From NCBI GenBank assembly GCA_023450335.1, contig JAEXHA010000152.1:359-64358 (forward strand): 64,000 bases of DNA, given 5' to 3'. Shown here piece by piece: positions 22,957 to 32,631 of this stretch. Position 1 is the first letter of the stretch; every line of letters begins with the position of its first letter. Made by a program: the position numbers and the translations under genes. This DNA is from Actinomycetes bacterium (GTDB lineage Bacteria; Actinomycetota; Actinomycetes; Actinomycetales; Microbacteriaceae). The notes beneath the pieces were generated by a model. That model did no database searches. It saw only the letters and a program-made list of their open reading frames with translations, and was not told the origin of the DNA.

Positions 22957-23660
22957 CAGCGGGGACGCCGCAGCAGCTGGACGATGCCGAGGGCGAGAAG
23001 GCCCTGACCGAGCGTGTAGGTGGCCATGACCCAGCCGCCGCCGAACAGGGACGGGTCGGGCCAGAACAAACGGATCGACAAAATGGTGTCCGACGCCAGG
23101 AAGAACGCGCCGCCGACGGCCGTGAGCACGCCGCCACGCGTGGATGCCGCGGCCGTGCCGCCGAGGACGAGGCCGTACACGGCGACCGCGATCGCCAGCC
23201 CGCCCAGATACGGCCACAGCAGCACCATCATGCCCACCCACCACGCGACGTAGACGATCGTCCAGGGGGCGACGCGTTGACGGGCCGCGGGGCGCAGGAA
23301 GAGCGCGATGTACAGCAGGTGGGCGATGCCGAAGCAGGCCAGCATCGGGATCAGCGTCTCGTCGATGAAAGGGAAGAAGGCTGCGGCACCGTCGCCGAGC
23401 CATGAGAAGGCGAGGGCGAGGATGAGCAGGGTGGCCCCCAGTGGCCAGCGGACGCCGCCCTGCGCCCAGCGGGTGCCGCCCAGCGCCCAGATCACCGCGA
23501 GTGCCAGGGTCGGCATGAGGACGAGCTTCGACGGGTACTCGACGGCGCTCCAGCCGAACAGCAACGCGGCGACGTGGAAAAGCGAGACGGCCGCGTAGAG
23601 CCAGAAACCCCACCAACGCGTGCGCGTACGGATCGATGCGGGCGTGTCGAGCTGTGTCAC
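22956..23660 (-). CDS. Lysoplasmalogenase (YhhN family)
   Basis: SWLGD, FGIAHLLY, FFLASDTIL, TYTLGQ. Confidence 0.85.
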   Translation of the reverse strand: MTQLDTPASIRTRTRWWGFWLYAAVSLFHVAALLFGWSAVEYPSKLVLMPTLALAVIWALGGTRWAQGGVRWPLGATLLILALAFSWLGDGAAAFFPFIDETLIPMLACFGIAHLLYIALFLRPAARQRVAPWTIVYVAWWVGMMVLLWPYLGGLAIAVAVYGLVLGGTAAASTRGGVLTAVGGAFFLASDTILSIRLFWPDPSLFGGGWVMATYTLGQGLLALGIVQLLRRPR

Positions 23661-23733
23661 TGGCGCTCCTTCGTACCGGTGGCGGGTCCGCCTTCGGGCG
23701 GGCGGATCGCGACCATCGTACGCGGTTCGCGAC

Positions 23734-24318
23734 TCAGGTGCCCGCGAGTGAGAGCGCCACGATCGGCTGATGCGGGGACGTGCGCGACACCTCGTGGAAC
23801 CCGGCTGCGAGGAACGTCGACAGGGTGCCGTGGAACAGCGAGTTCGCCGACGATTTCTTGGCAGCCAGGTCGAACGGGTAGCCCTCGATCACGCGGGCTC
23901 CGTTCCGCCGGGCGAAGTCGACGGCGGCGTCGAGCAACGCGGAGTTCAGTCCTTGCCGGCGATGCTCGCGCCGCACTACGAAGCAGGTGACGGCCCACAC
24001 CGAGTCGTCGTCGAGCGGTTCTTCCGAGCCTTTGATGATGCGCATGCGGGCGACCCGGGCCTGCGCCGTGCGGGGCCCGACGCGCACCCAGCCGGCCGCT
24101 TCACCGCCGACATAGGCGATCAGGCCCGGCGGGGGACCGGCATCCACCTCGCTGCGGAAGAGCTCGCGGCGTTCGTCGGTGCTGGTGCTGTTCCAGTCGG
24201 CGTTGGACAACGTCATCCATTGGCACATGCAGGAGGCGCCGTCGCCCCCGCCGGTGAGCGCGTGCTCGGCGTCGGCGAAGCGGCCCGGTGCGGCTTCGGC
24301 GATGGTGATCTCAGACAT
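23734..24318 (-). CDS. GNAT family N-acetyltransferase
   Basis: CMCQW, AGWVRVGPR, CFVVRREHRRQG, IEGYP. Confidence 0.88.
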   Translation of the reverse strand: MSEITIAEAAPGRFADAEHALTGGGDGASCMCQWMTLSNADWNSTSTDERRELFRSEVDAGPPPGLIAYVGGEAAGWVRVGPRTAQARVARMRIIKGSEEPLDDDSVWAVTCFVVRREHRRQGLNSALLDAAVDFARRNGARVIEGYPFDLAAKKSSANSLFHGTLSTFLAAGFHEVSRTSPHQPIVALSLAGT

Positions 24319-24324
24319 GGTTCG

Positions 24325-24346
24325 ACGCTAGTGCGGGGTGTCGACA
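24325..24346 (-). promoter_or_regulatory. Putative PafBC (RecA-NDp)-type promoter of the GNAT gene
   Basis: Minus strand TGTCGA-N10-TAGCGT-N6-ATG. Confidence 0.5.
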
Positions 24347-24421
24347 TCGTCGAGGGCACCGGTTCGCGGCGTAGGCATCGAGCGGGTAAGATATGAGGAG
24401 TTGTCCGTCCGCGGATGGCAA

Positions 24422-24495
24422 CGGGATGTGGCGCAGCTTGGTAGCGCATCTGGCTGGGGGCCAGAGGGCCGCAGGTTCAAATCCTGTCATCCCGA
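24422..24495 (+). tRNA. tRNA-Pro(GGG)
   Basis: Acceptor CGGGATG/CATCCCG, D-arm AGCTTGGTAGCGC, anticodon arm TCTGG-CTGGGGG-CCAGA, T-loop GGTTCAAATCC; CCA not encoded. Confidence 0.96.
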
Positions 24496-24500
24496 CCGAA

Positions 24501-24537
24501 AAGCCCTGGTGAGATTGAGAATCTCACCAGGTCTTTG
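24501..24537 (+). terminator. Hairpin terminator after tRNA-Pro
   Basis: CCTGGTGAGATT-GAG-AATCTCACCAGG followed by TCTTT. Confidence 0.8.
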
Positions 24538-24544
24538 CCGTCGC

Positions 24545-24566
24545 TGTCGGTACCCCGCCATATCGT
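24545..24566 (+). promoter_or_regulatory. PafBC (RecA-NDp)-type DNA-damage promoter
   Basis: TGTCGG-N10-TATCGT, 7 nt before ATG 24574. Confidence 0.7.
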
Positions 24567-24573
24567 CTCGGCC

Positions 24574-25440
24574 ATGGCTTCGCGCAGTTACACAGATGAG
24601 GATCTCGTGCAGGCGATCGCGGGTTCGCGGTCCTGGCGTGGCACTCTGCGCACACTGGGTCTGGTTGGCACGTCGTCTGGCTCAATGAGATCTGTCCGTG
24701 CGCGTGCAGACGACATAGGCATCGACTACAGCCATTTCACGGGGCAGCGACGATGGACGGACGAGGCGCTGCGGCGTGCGGTCGCCGGCGCAACGTCGTG
24801 GACGGGGGTGGCACGTGGCCTCGGTCTGCGCGGCGGCGGTGTTGTCTCGAACCTGAAGGGGCACGTCAACCGGCTTGGCCTTGATGTGGCTCATTTCCAG
24901 CCCGAAGCGCAGTCGCTCATCGACAGCGAGCTCGCGCCGACAACAGATCGTCTCGACCGGGCGGGTACGTTCATCGCGGCCGCATGGTTCAGTCTCTGTG
25001 GTCAGGACGTCTCTTGGCCGCTCGAGCCGTGCCGATATGACCTGATCGTCTGCTCCGAGGGCGGCCTTCGCAAAGTTCAGGTGAAGACGACAACGTTCCG
25101 ATCGGGGCGGACGTGGACGGTGTCGTTGACATCGAGCAGCCGAACGCGGCCGACGTACGAGCCGGGCGAGATCGACGACTTCTTTGTGGTCGACGGCGAG
25201 CTGCGGTGCTATCTCATCCCGTATGCCGCGGTCGGCGGCCTTCACGCGATCCGTCTGAACGCTTACGAACGATATCGTGTCGCAGACATGGCGACCGCAT
25301 CGCTCGGGGCATCACACGCGGAAACGCCCCAAGCAGGCGCCTCTGTGACGCTGTCCGCTCGTGCGGACTCAGCGGGAGACGGGATCGATGCCCTGCGCGA
25401 GCGCGGCAATGCAGCGTCGAGCGTCACACACGAGGGTTGA
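24574..25440 (+). CDS. PD-(D/E)XK endonuclease with two N-terminal helical repeats
   Basis: YDLIV...KVQVKT nuclease motif, IDDFFVVD; duplicated [YW]TDE.L..A.A...SW.G..R.LGL...G[IL]D..HF. Confidence 0.8.
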   Translation: MASRSYTDEDLVQAIAGSRSWRGTLRTLGLVGTSSGSMRSVRARADDIGIDYSHFTGQRRWTDEALRRAVAGATSWTGVARGLGLRGGGVVSNLKGHVNRLGLDVAHFQPEAQSLIDSELAPTTDRLDRAGTFIAAAWFSLCGQDVSWPLEPCRYDLIVCSEGGLRKVQVKTTTFRSGRTWTVSLTSSSRTRPTYEPGEIDDFFVVDGELRCYLIPYAAVGGLHAIRLNAYERYRVADMATASLGASHAETPQAGASVTLSARADSAGDGIDALRERGNAASSVTHEG

Positions 25441-25462
25441 GCTTCGCTCATCGAGGTACCGC

Positions 25463-26023
25463 TCAGTCGTCGCGCTCCTGAGACAGCACCTCGCCGGTTG
25501 CAGCGTCGATGCGCAGCTCGAAGCGGCCGCCGTCGTCCGCGTCGACCTGTGCCTCCCACACGATGCGCGACCCCTCGCTGTCGAGGTCGAGTTCATCGAT
25601 CGTGCCCGGCACGGCCGTCAGGGCGGCATCGATCGCGTCGTGCGCCGACACCGCGGGGGCCGAGCGCTGCTCTGCGTCGAGGTCCATCGCGCGTTCGCGC
25701 AGCACCTCTCCGCTGTGGGCATCCAGGTGCAGCTCGACTCCGCTGCCGTCGGCGCGCAGCACGCCCACCTCCCACACCTCGACACCGCCCTCGCGATCGC
25801 GACTGAGCTCGACGACGACATCGCCCTCGGCGCGGATCGCGGCATCCACCGCCTGCCCGGCATCGAGCGCATCAGCGGTGCCCGGCGAGCCACCCGGCGA
25901 CGCCTCGTCCGTGAGTTGCGCGGTCGGCCCCGGCCCGGGCTTACCGGCCTCGGGCACGCACGCCGCCAGGCCCAGCATGACGACCAGCGCGGTGCCGGCG
26001 GCACCCACTCTGCGATCCACCAT
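25463..26023 (-). CDS. PepSY domain lipoprotein
   Basis: Lipobox LAAC; two domains ending DAHSGEVL / DAATGEVL. Confidence 0.85.
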   Translation of the reverse strand: MVDRRVGAAGTALVVMLGLAACVPEAGKPGPGPTAQLTDEASPGGSPGTADALDAGQAVDAAIRAEGDVVVELSRDREGGVEVWEVGVLRADGSGVELHLDAHSGEVLRERAMDLDAEQRSAPAVSAHDAIDAALTAVPGTIDELDLDSEGSRIVWEAQVDADDGGRFELRIDAATGEVLSQERDD

Positions 26024-26147
26024 GATCCGCTCCGTCCTGTGATGAGGTGCCGACGCTAACACCGGCCGAGTGTGTTCGCCAGGGGGTGGCGGATGTGGAC
26101 ACGGCGGGCAGGATGGAGACCTCGCGCATCACCGCACAAGAGAGTGG

Positions 26148-26660
26148 ATGCCAGTGGCTGAGCCGACCGCGACCCCCGCCGCCTTCCGCGCACCCATGCG
26201 TTCACGCGACGACAGTGTGCCGGCCGGCGCCGCCGTCGAGCGCGCTCTGACGGCAGGGCTGTGCGGCGTGGGCGGGCGGCTGAGCACCGCGCCGGCGACG
26301 CTCGAGGCGGCGATCCGCGCGGCTGACGCGACCCACGGCGAGCGTCTCGCGCGCCGTCTCGAGCGGTTCACCGCCGTGCCCGACGGCGCCTTCGTGTGGA
26401 CGCGCGATGCCGACGACGTCTTCTGGCTCGGCCGGCTCGCCCGGCCCTGGCGCTACGACGCCGACCCGGCCGCCGCCGCGGTCGACCTCGTGCACGTCCG
26501 CCCGTGCTGGTGGCTGCCGGCGCCCATCGACGAGGCCGACGTGCCGGCCGAGGTGCGGGCCTCCTTCTCGCGCGGGGGCCGGAACTGGCAGACCATCCGC
26601 GCGCCCGGCGCCGCGCCGGCGACCGCGGCGCTGTGGGTGGCGCGGCTCACGCCTGGGTAG
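26148..26660 (+). CDS. Hypothetical protein
   Basis: Coding-like ORF (GAFVWTRD..FWLGR, SFSRGGRNWQ); function not recognised. Confidence 0.65.
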   Translation: MPVAEPTATPAAFRAPMRSRDDSVPAGAAVERALTAGLCGVGGRLSTAPATLEAAIRAADATHGERLARRLERFTAVPDGAFVWTRDADDVFWLGRLARPWRYDADPAAAAVDLVHVRPCWWLPAPIDEADVPAEVRASFSRGGRNWQTIRAPGAAPATAALWVARLTPG

Positions 26661-27465
26661 CGGTGCGCGCCATCAGTGAGCCGACCATCACCGTCATCCG
26701 GCGTCGACCGACGACCCGGCCTACGACCTCGGAGAGACGGCTCGCGCGCCCCGCGATCACGCTGGGTGGCGGGTTGCGGCGATCGAGGGCGTCCAGCGCG
26801 GTGCGGACAACGGCATCCACCTTCATGCGACGCGAGCCGCCGTCGGCCTTGTCGCCGGCGACATCGAAGAACTCGGTGTCGGTCGCCCCCGGCGACAGCG
26901 CGAGCACACGCAGGCCGGTGTCGCGCGCTTCGTACCAGAGAGCCTCGCTGAGGCTGAGCACGAACGCCTTGGCGGCGCCGTACACGGCCATCGTGGGGTT
27001 GGCCTGGTAGGCGGCCACGCTCGCGACGTTCACGAGGAATCCGTCGCCCTGCGTCCTCAGGCGAGGCAGCAACGCGTGACTGAGCTCGACGACTGCCGTC
27101 ACATCGACGGCTATCTCGGCGGACACGCGCGCCAGGTCCTCTTCGTGGAAGGGCCCGAGGTTCGCGAACCCGGCGCAGTTCACGACGCTCGTCACCTCGA
27201 CACCGCGCGCGTTGAGCGTCTCGACGATCGACCGGGCGGCGCCCGGCTGCGCGAGATCCATCGGCACCGTCGTCACCGAAACGCTGTGCTCGCCGATGAG
27301 TGCAGCCGCCAACGCCTCCAAGCGATCTTCCCGCCGCGCCACCAGCACCAGGTCGCTGCCGCGCGCGGCGAGCTGGCGGGCGAACTCCGCGCCGATGCCC
27401 GCACTGGCGCCGGTGATCAGCACGGTCTGGCGGGCGTAGTCCACAGGTCTCTTCGTTCGTGTCAT
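26647..27465 (-). CDS. SDR family oxidoreductase
   Basis: TGASAGIG, NCAG, YGAAK. Confidence 0.93.
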   Translation of the reverse strand: MTRTKRPVDYARQTVLITGASAGIGAEFARQLAARGSDLVLVARREDRLEALAAALIGEHSVSVTTVPMDLAQPGAARSIVETLNARGVEVTSVVNCAGFANLGPFHEEDLARVSAEIAVDVTAVVELSHALLPRLRTQGDGFLVNVASVAAYQANPTMAVYGAAKAFVLSLSEALWYEARDTGLRVLALSPGATDTEFFDVAGDKADGGSRRMKVDAVVRTALDALDRRNPPPSVIAGRASRLSEVVGRVVGRRRMTVMVGSLMARTATQA

Positions 27466-27485
27466 GACGGCATCCTATGTTGTGC

Positions 27486-27500
27486 TGGCACTGAGTGCCA
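27486..27500. promoter_or_regulatory. Probable TetR operator
   Basis: Perfect palindrome TGGCACT-G-AGTGCCA between divergent SDR and TetR. Confidence 0.75.
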
Positions 27501-27525
27501 CAGGGGCACGCGATACGCTGTGTTC

Positions 27526-28128
27526 ATGTCGAACCCTGACCTCGCGTCGAGACTGTGGGACCGAACGCGGCAGCGCGCGTACGCCGAGATCGCCTCCGTG
27601 GCGATGGAACTCTTCTTGGAACGGGGGTTCGCGCAGACCACGATCGACGAAATCGTGGTGGCGGCGGGAATCTCACGCCGCTCGTTCTTCCGCTATTTCG
27701 GCACGAAAGAAGACGTCGTGCTCGGTCATCTCGTCACCGAGGGCGCGAACCTGCGCGTCGCTCTGGAGAGCCGGCCCGACGGTGAGGACATCTGGACGGC
27801 GCTGCGCAGTGCGCTGTTCTCGCTCGAGGCTGACGCCGACCAGAAGCGCATGCTGGCCGTGTCGCGCATGGTCTACCAGACACCCTCGCTACGAGCCCGC
27901 AGCATCGAGAAGCATCTGCACTGGTACGACGATCTGGTGCCCGAAGTGCAGCGACGCCTCGGCGACCCGGCGGGAGACACGCTGCGCGCGCGCGCGATCG
28001 TCGGCTGCGTCATCACCTGCCTCGATCTTGCAGGCCAGACGTGGTCAGAAGGCGGCGCATCGCGGCCGCTTGCGCACTACTTCGACGCCGCGCTCGACGC
28101 CGTCAGATCCACCACTGGGTCCGTGTGA
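27526..28128 (+). CDS. TetR family regulator
   Basis: GFAQTTIDEIVVAAGISRRSFFRYFGTKED HTH. Confidence 0.93.
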   Translation: MSNPDLASRLWDRTRQRAYAEIASVAMELFLERGFAQTTIDEIVVAAGISRRSFFRYFGTKEDVVLGHLVTEGANLRVALESRPDGEDIWTALRSALFSLEADADQKRMLAVSRMVYQTPSLRARSIEKHLHWYDDLVPEVQRRLGDPAGDTLRARAIVGCVITCLDLAGQTWSEGGASRPLAHYFDAALDAVRSTTGSV

Positions 28129-28148
28129 CGATGCGATCGGGCTCACCG

Positions 28149-28967
28149 ATGTCACACCGCACGTCCGGCACGCGGGGCGGCCGGCCCGGGCTGCTGCTGG
28201 CAGTCTGGGCTCTCCTGCTGATCGTCTTCGCCGTCTCTGCGCCGATGGTGCAGCGCACACTGGGCATACCGTTCGAACTGCTCGCGCTGGTGATGCTGGC
28301 TCCGGCCGCTGCCAGCCTCATCGTCCTCATCCGCCCGTCGTGGCTGCCCCGGTGGTGGCCGCACGTGCCTGCGGGCCGCGTGCTGGTCTCATCGGCGGCG
28401 GGCCTATTCGCCGTCGTCGGTTTCGTGGCGACCCTGGCGCTGCTGACCGGCCGCGCTCCCTCGTGGACGGCGCCGGGCATCGCGTCGCCGCTGTGGTTGT
28501 TCCTCCTGCTGCAGACTGTCGGTGCACTGGGCGAAGAGGTCGGATGGCGCGGGGTGGTGCAGCGCGCGGGCGAACAATTCGCCAAGCCCGCCGTCGTGTC
28601 AGCGATCGCCGGCTTCCTCTTCGGCGTCACCCACCTCGGATACTGGTCATTGGGCCTCGTGCCGGTCGCCACGTTCGGCTTCGTGGCCATGCTCATGAGC
28701 CTCACCATCACGACCCTGTTCACGGGAACCCTCTGGCAGCGGATGATCACCGCCGTCGTCGTGCACCTCGGCGTGAACCTCGGCATCGCGAGCCTCGCCG
28801 ATGCCGATGAGCCGCTGGCCACCACACTGCCCGCGCTCGCCGCGGCCGCGGTCATGTTCGCGCTGGCCGTGGCATTCGCGAGCGTTCACCACCGCGCGTC
28901 ATCCCTCCGAACGACCCGGGGCGGGCGAACTCATCCTCGGGGCCGACGACACCGGACACGCCGATGA
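28149..28967 (+). CDS. CPBP (Abi/CAAX) intramembrane metalloprotease
   Basis: GEEVGWRG, FGVTH, VVHLGVN; start approximate. Confidence 0.85.
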   Translation: MSHRTSGTRGGRPGLLLAVWALLLIVFAVSAPMVQRTLGIPFELLALVMLAPAAASLIVLIRPSWLPRWWPHVPAGRVLVSSAAGLFAVVGFVATLALLTGRAPSWTAPGIASPLWLFLLLQTVGALGEEVGWRGVVQRAGEQFAKPAVVSAIAGFLFGVTHLGYWSLGLVPVATFGFVAMLMSLTITTLFTGTLWQRMITAVVVHLGVNLGIASLADADEPLATTLPALAAAAVMFALAVAFASVHHRASSLRTTRGGRTHPRGRRHRTRR

Positions 28968-28980
28968 CGAGGCTTGAAGC

Positions 28981-29676
28981 ATGGAAACCCCCGTGCTTCA
29001 GGCCACCGGCCTCATCAAGACCTTCGGAACGACCACCGCCCTCGCCGGCATCGACCTCACGATCCGCCGCGGCGAATCCGTCGCGGTCATGGGCGCATCG
29101 GGCTCCGGCAAGACGACGCTGCTGCACGCGCTGGCCGGCATCACCACGCCTGACCAGGGCGCCGTGGTGTTCACCCCGGCATCCGGCACCCCCGTCCGGG
29201 TGACCGATCTCGGTGAGACGGGGCGCTCGCAGCTGCGCCGCGACCGGTTCGGCTTCGTCTTCCAGGAGGGGCTGCTCATCCCCGAGCTGACGGCGGTCGA
29301 GAACGTGGCCATCGCCCTCATGATCACCGGCGCTTCCCGTGCCGATGCGACCGCCCGCGCCACGCAGTGGCTGGCCGCGCTCGGCCTCGCGGGCATGGAG
29401 GACCGGCGTGTCGGCGAGCTCTCCGGCGGTCAGGCGCAGCGCGTCGCCATCGCCCGAGCCCAGGTCACCGGCGCCGAGATCGTCTTCGCGGACGAGCCCA
29501 CCGGCGCGCTCGACTCGCACACCTCGGTCGAGGTCATGAGCGCCCTCCTGCACGCCACCACCGAACAGGGCCGCACTCTCGTCGTCGTCACCCATGACCC
29601 CGAGGTCGCCGCCCGCTGCTCACGCACCGTCTCGGTGCGTGACGGTCGCCTGATCACCGGAAAGGTCGCGGCATGA
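28981..29676 (+). CDS. ABC transporter ATP-binding protein (LolD/MacB-like)
   Basis: GASGSGKT, LSGGQAQRVAIARA, FADEPTGALD. Confidence 0.95.
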   Translation: METPVLQATGLIKTFGTTTALAGIDLTIRRGESVAVMGASGSGKTTLLHALAGITTPDQGAVVFTPASGTPVRVTDLGETGRSQLRRDRFGFVFQEGLLIPELTAVENVAIALMITGASRADATARATQWLAALGLAGMEDRRVGELSGGQAQRVAIARAQVTGAEIVFADEPTGALDSHTSVEVMSALLHATTEQGRTLVVVTHDPEVAARCSRTVSVRDGRLITGKVAA

Positions 29677-30983
29677 ACGCCGGTGTCCTGATGATGCTGC
29701 TGCGCCCCGGGCGCGGCGAACGGCATGTGCTCGCGCTGCCGATCGTGGCCTTCGCCACGGTCAGCGCACTGGTGCTCACCGTCGTCGGCGGCGCGCAGTC
29801 GTTCTGGCGCTGGGATGACGTCGAAGCGCCGATCTACCACGCCCTGGCCGCCATCGCCCTCGTGCTGCTGGTTGTGCCGCTCGTCACGCTGGGTGGGGCC
29901 GCGGCGCGTCTGTCGGCCCGTCGCCGTGACGAGCGCCTCTCGACGCTGCGGCTCTTGGGTGTCACTCCCGCCGGCGTCGTCGTGGCCACCGTCGTCGAGT
30001 CCGCGCTGGTCGCGGCCGTCGGCGCCCTCGCCGGCGTGGTCCTGCACCTTGCCCTCGTGCCGCTGGTGGGCCTGATCCCGTTCCGCGGCGCGGCGCTCGG
30101 CGCCGGCTCTGTGCTGCTGCCCCTGCCCACCGTCCTCCTCGTCGTCACCGCCATCGTGCTGCTCGCGGCCACGAGCGCTGCGCTGGGCCTGCGCAAGGTC
30201 GTCATCTCCCCGCTGGGCGTGCGCACACGTCAGAGCGCCGGCACCTCCCACTGGATCCGTGCCGTCATCGCGATCGGCGTCCTATGCGTCGCCTTCGCCC
30301 TGATCTCGCTCGTGCCGTCCGCCGCCGACATGCTGCCGACGATCATCGTGCTCACCGGCGCGTTCGCCGTCGCGTTCGCCGTCCTCAACGTGATCGGCCC
30401 CTGGGTGCTGCGCCTGCAGGCACGTCTCCGCCTGCGCCGCGCCCGGCGTGCCGACCAGCTGCTGTCGGCGCGGGCCGTGCTCGAAGCACCCAAGGCGGCA
30501 TGGCGTCAGGTCAGCGGCATCGCGATGGCCAGCTTCATCGCCGTGTTCGCCGGCACCGCCGTCGCCCTGCTCGATGTCATGGGCGCCGGCACCGACGAAG
30601 ACATCCAGCTCGCGGTCGACATCCGCACCGGGGTGATCGTGACCCTCGTCGCGTCCTTCCTCATGGTGGCGGCGTCGGTCGGTGTCAACCAGGCCGCCGA
30701 GATCCTCGACCGCGGCGATCTGCACCGCAGCCTGCACCGGCTCGGCATGCCGATGGCGACGGTGGAGCGGGCGCGCCGCGGCGCGGTCATGAGCCCGCTG
30801 CTCCTCGCCGCGGTCGGCTCGGCGCTGTGCGCAGGAGCACTCATCCTTCCGCTGCTCGGCATCGCCCTGGTCACTGCACCGATCTCACTGATCACCACCG
30901 CCGCGGTCATCGCGGTCGGCTTCGCGATCGTGTGGCTGGGCCTGCGCGCGACACGGCCCATCCTCGGAAGGGCGTTCGCGTAG
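29673..30983 (+). CDS. FtsX-like ABC permease
   Basis: Multi-TM; RRDERLSTLRLLG; coupled to ATPase. Confidence 0.88.
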   Translation: MNAGVLMMLLRPGRGERHVLALPIVAFATVSALVLTVVGGAQSFWRWDDVEAPIYHALAAIALVLLVVPLVTLGGAAARLSARRRDERLSTLRLLGVTPAGVVVATVVESALVAAVGALAGVVLHLALVPLVGLIPFRGAALGAGSVLLPLPTVLLVVTAIVLLAATSAALGLRKVVISPLGVRTRQSAGTSHWIRAVIAIGVLCVAFALISLVPSAADMLPTIIVLTGAFAVAFAVLNVIGPWVLRLQARLRLRRARRADQLLSARAVLEAPKAAWRQVSGIAMASFIAVFAGTAVALLDVMGAGTDEDIQLAVDIRTGVIVTLVASFLMVAASVGVNQAAEILDRGDLHRSLHRLGMPMATVERARRGAVMSPLLLAAVGSALCAGALILPLLGIALVTAPISLITTAAVIAVGFAIVWLGLRATRPILGRAFA

Positions 30984-31067
30984 CCGGCCACGAGCACCGG
31001 GTCAGTCGGCGCACGCGCGTAGCCCGTGCCGGTGGCGCCACCCGAGGGCGGGTGCACCGCGAGGGCG

Positions 31068-32297
31068 TCACCCGCCACCGGCCCACGGGTCGTAGTCGAC
31101 CTCGAGCGGCTCCTGCGCGGGTCGCTCCGACTCGGGCACGTGCTGCAGATTCACCCGAATGCGGTACCAGAGCGAGCTCGAACCGCGCATCCCGTCGACG
31201 AGCACGTCGGCGGGGTGCAGCTGCGCCACGACCTGTGGATGCCGGGCTTTCCACCGCTCGAGCCCTTCCAGCGCCTCGTCCTTCGTTTTCGCGCGCGCGA
31301 TCTCGATGAGCGGCATCGTCGACTGGCGGCGCCCCGACCCGTCGCCGCGACCCGACGCCGCCCGTGGCGCTCGATCGGCCGGACCCAGCTCGGCTGCGAG
31401 TGCGAGCAATCCCTCGAGCGACCCGGCGGCGTCGTCCATGCCTGCGTGCGGGTCACCGAGGTCGGCGAACCGGCCGGGCACCGTGCGCACCGTGAACTCG
31501 TCCGGGCGGCGCGTGCGCAGCTCGTCCCACGCCAGCGGCGTCGACACCCGGGCGTCAGGCAACGGCCGCACCGAGTAGGCCGAAGCGACCGTGCGATCCT
31601 TCGCGTTCTGGTTGAAGTCGACGAACACGCTCTCGCCGCGCTCCTCCTTCCACCAGTGCGCCGTCGCCAGGCCCGGCGCCCGGTTCTCGACCTCGCGGGC
31701 GAGGGTCTGCGCGGCCAGCCGAACGTCGGGGTACTCCCAGCGCGGATCGATCCGTACGAGCACATGGATACCGCGTGACCCGCTCGTCTTCGGCCAGCCC
31801 ACCAGTCCCACGTCGTCGAGCACATCGCGGGCCACGAACGCGGCATCCACGATCTGCGCCCATTCGACGCCCGGCATGGGGTCCAGGTCGATGCGCAGTT
31901 CGTCGGGATGGTCCAGGTCCCACGCGCGCACCGGGTGCGGGTTCAGGTCGACGCAGCCGAGGTTTACGACCCACGCCAGGCCCGCGGCATCCTGGATCAC
32001 CGTCTCCTCGGCGTTCGTGCCCGACGCGTACTCGAGTGTCGCTGTCTGGATGAAGTCGGGATGCTTCTCCGGCACGCGCTTCTGGAAGAACGGCTCGCGG
32101 CCGATGCCCTTCACGAAGCGCTTGAGCACCATCGGCCGGTCGGCGGCCCCGCGCAGCGCCCCCTCGGCCACCGACAGGTAGTAGTCGACCAGGTCACGCT
32201 TGGTGAGCCCCGCCTCGGCGAACACCACCTTGCCCGGATGGGTGATGCGCACCTCGTGGCCGCCGATCTCGAGCATGACCGCATCGTCCTTCGCCAT
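31068..32297 (-). CDS. Stand-alone LigD-type primase-polymerase (Prim-PolC-like) with C-terminal extension
   Basis: FFQKR, PDELRIDLDP, KTSGSRGIH, VFVDFNQN, AYSVRP. Confidence 0.88.
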   Translation of the reverse strand: MAKDDAVMLEIGGHEVRITHPGKVVFAEAGLTKRDLVDYYLSVAEGALRGAADRPMVLKRFVKGIGREPFFQKRVPEKHPDFIQTATLEYASGTNAEETVIQDAAGLAWVVNLGCVDLNPHPVRAWDLDHPDELRIDLDPMPGVEWAQIVDAAFVARDVLDDVGLVGWPKTSGSRGIHVLVRIDPRWEYPDVRLAAQTLAREVENRAPGLATAHWWKEERGESVFVDFNQNAKDRTVASAYSVRPLPDARVSTPLAWDELRTRRPDEFTVRTVPGRFADLGDPHAGMDDAAGSLEGLLALAAELGPADRAPRAASGRGDGSGRRQSTMPLIEIARAKTKDEALEGLERWKARHPQVVAQLHPADVLVDGMRGSSSLWYRIRVNLQHVPESERPAQEPLEVDYDPWAGGG

Positions 32298-32433
32298 GGC
32301 GCCCACGATACGAGCGCCGCCGCCCTGCCGCGACGGGGTTGACGCGGCTACCGTGGCCGGTTCGCCTCGTCAAGGCCCTGCGCGCACGGCTCGGGACGGG
32401 TCATGCTCGGCTCAGAGTGGAAGGACCCCTCCC

Positions 32434-32631
32434 ATGAGCATCAACAACCCCGACGAGACCCCCATCGACCCCGGCACGGGACTCGCGCAGGAGCCCGCAT
32501 TGCCTGAGCCCAGCGACGCGGAGGCGCCTGACGTCAACGAGCCCGAAGCCGGCTTCGGCGCGGGGGAGTCCACCGACGTCGACCCCGACCTCGCGCTGAA
32601 CAACCCGACCGACGAAGACGAGACGCCGTGA
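32434..32631 (+). CDS. Small acidic hypothetical protein
   Basis: GAAGGA RBS; GTGA overlap with the next gene. Confidence 0.6.
   Translation: MSINNPDETPIDPGTGLAQEPALPEPSDAEAPDVNEPEAGFGAGESTDVDPDLALNNPTDEDETP

Noticed and set aside
24422..31000. Integrative island or prophage at tRNA-Pro
   Set aside because: No integrase, no phage genes, and no duplicated tRNA 3' end (att site) found by eye
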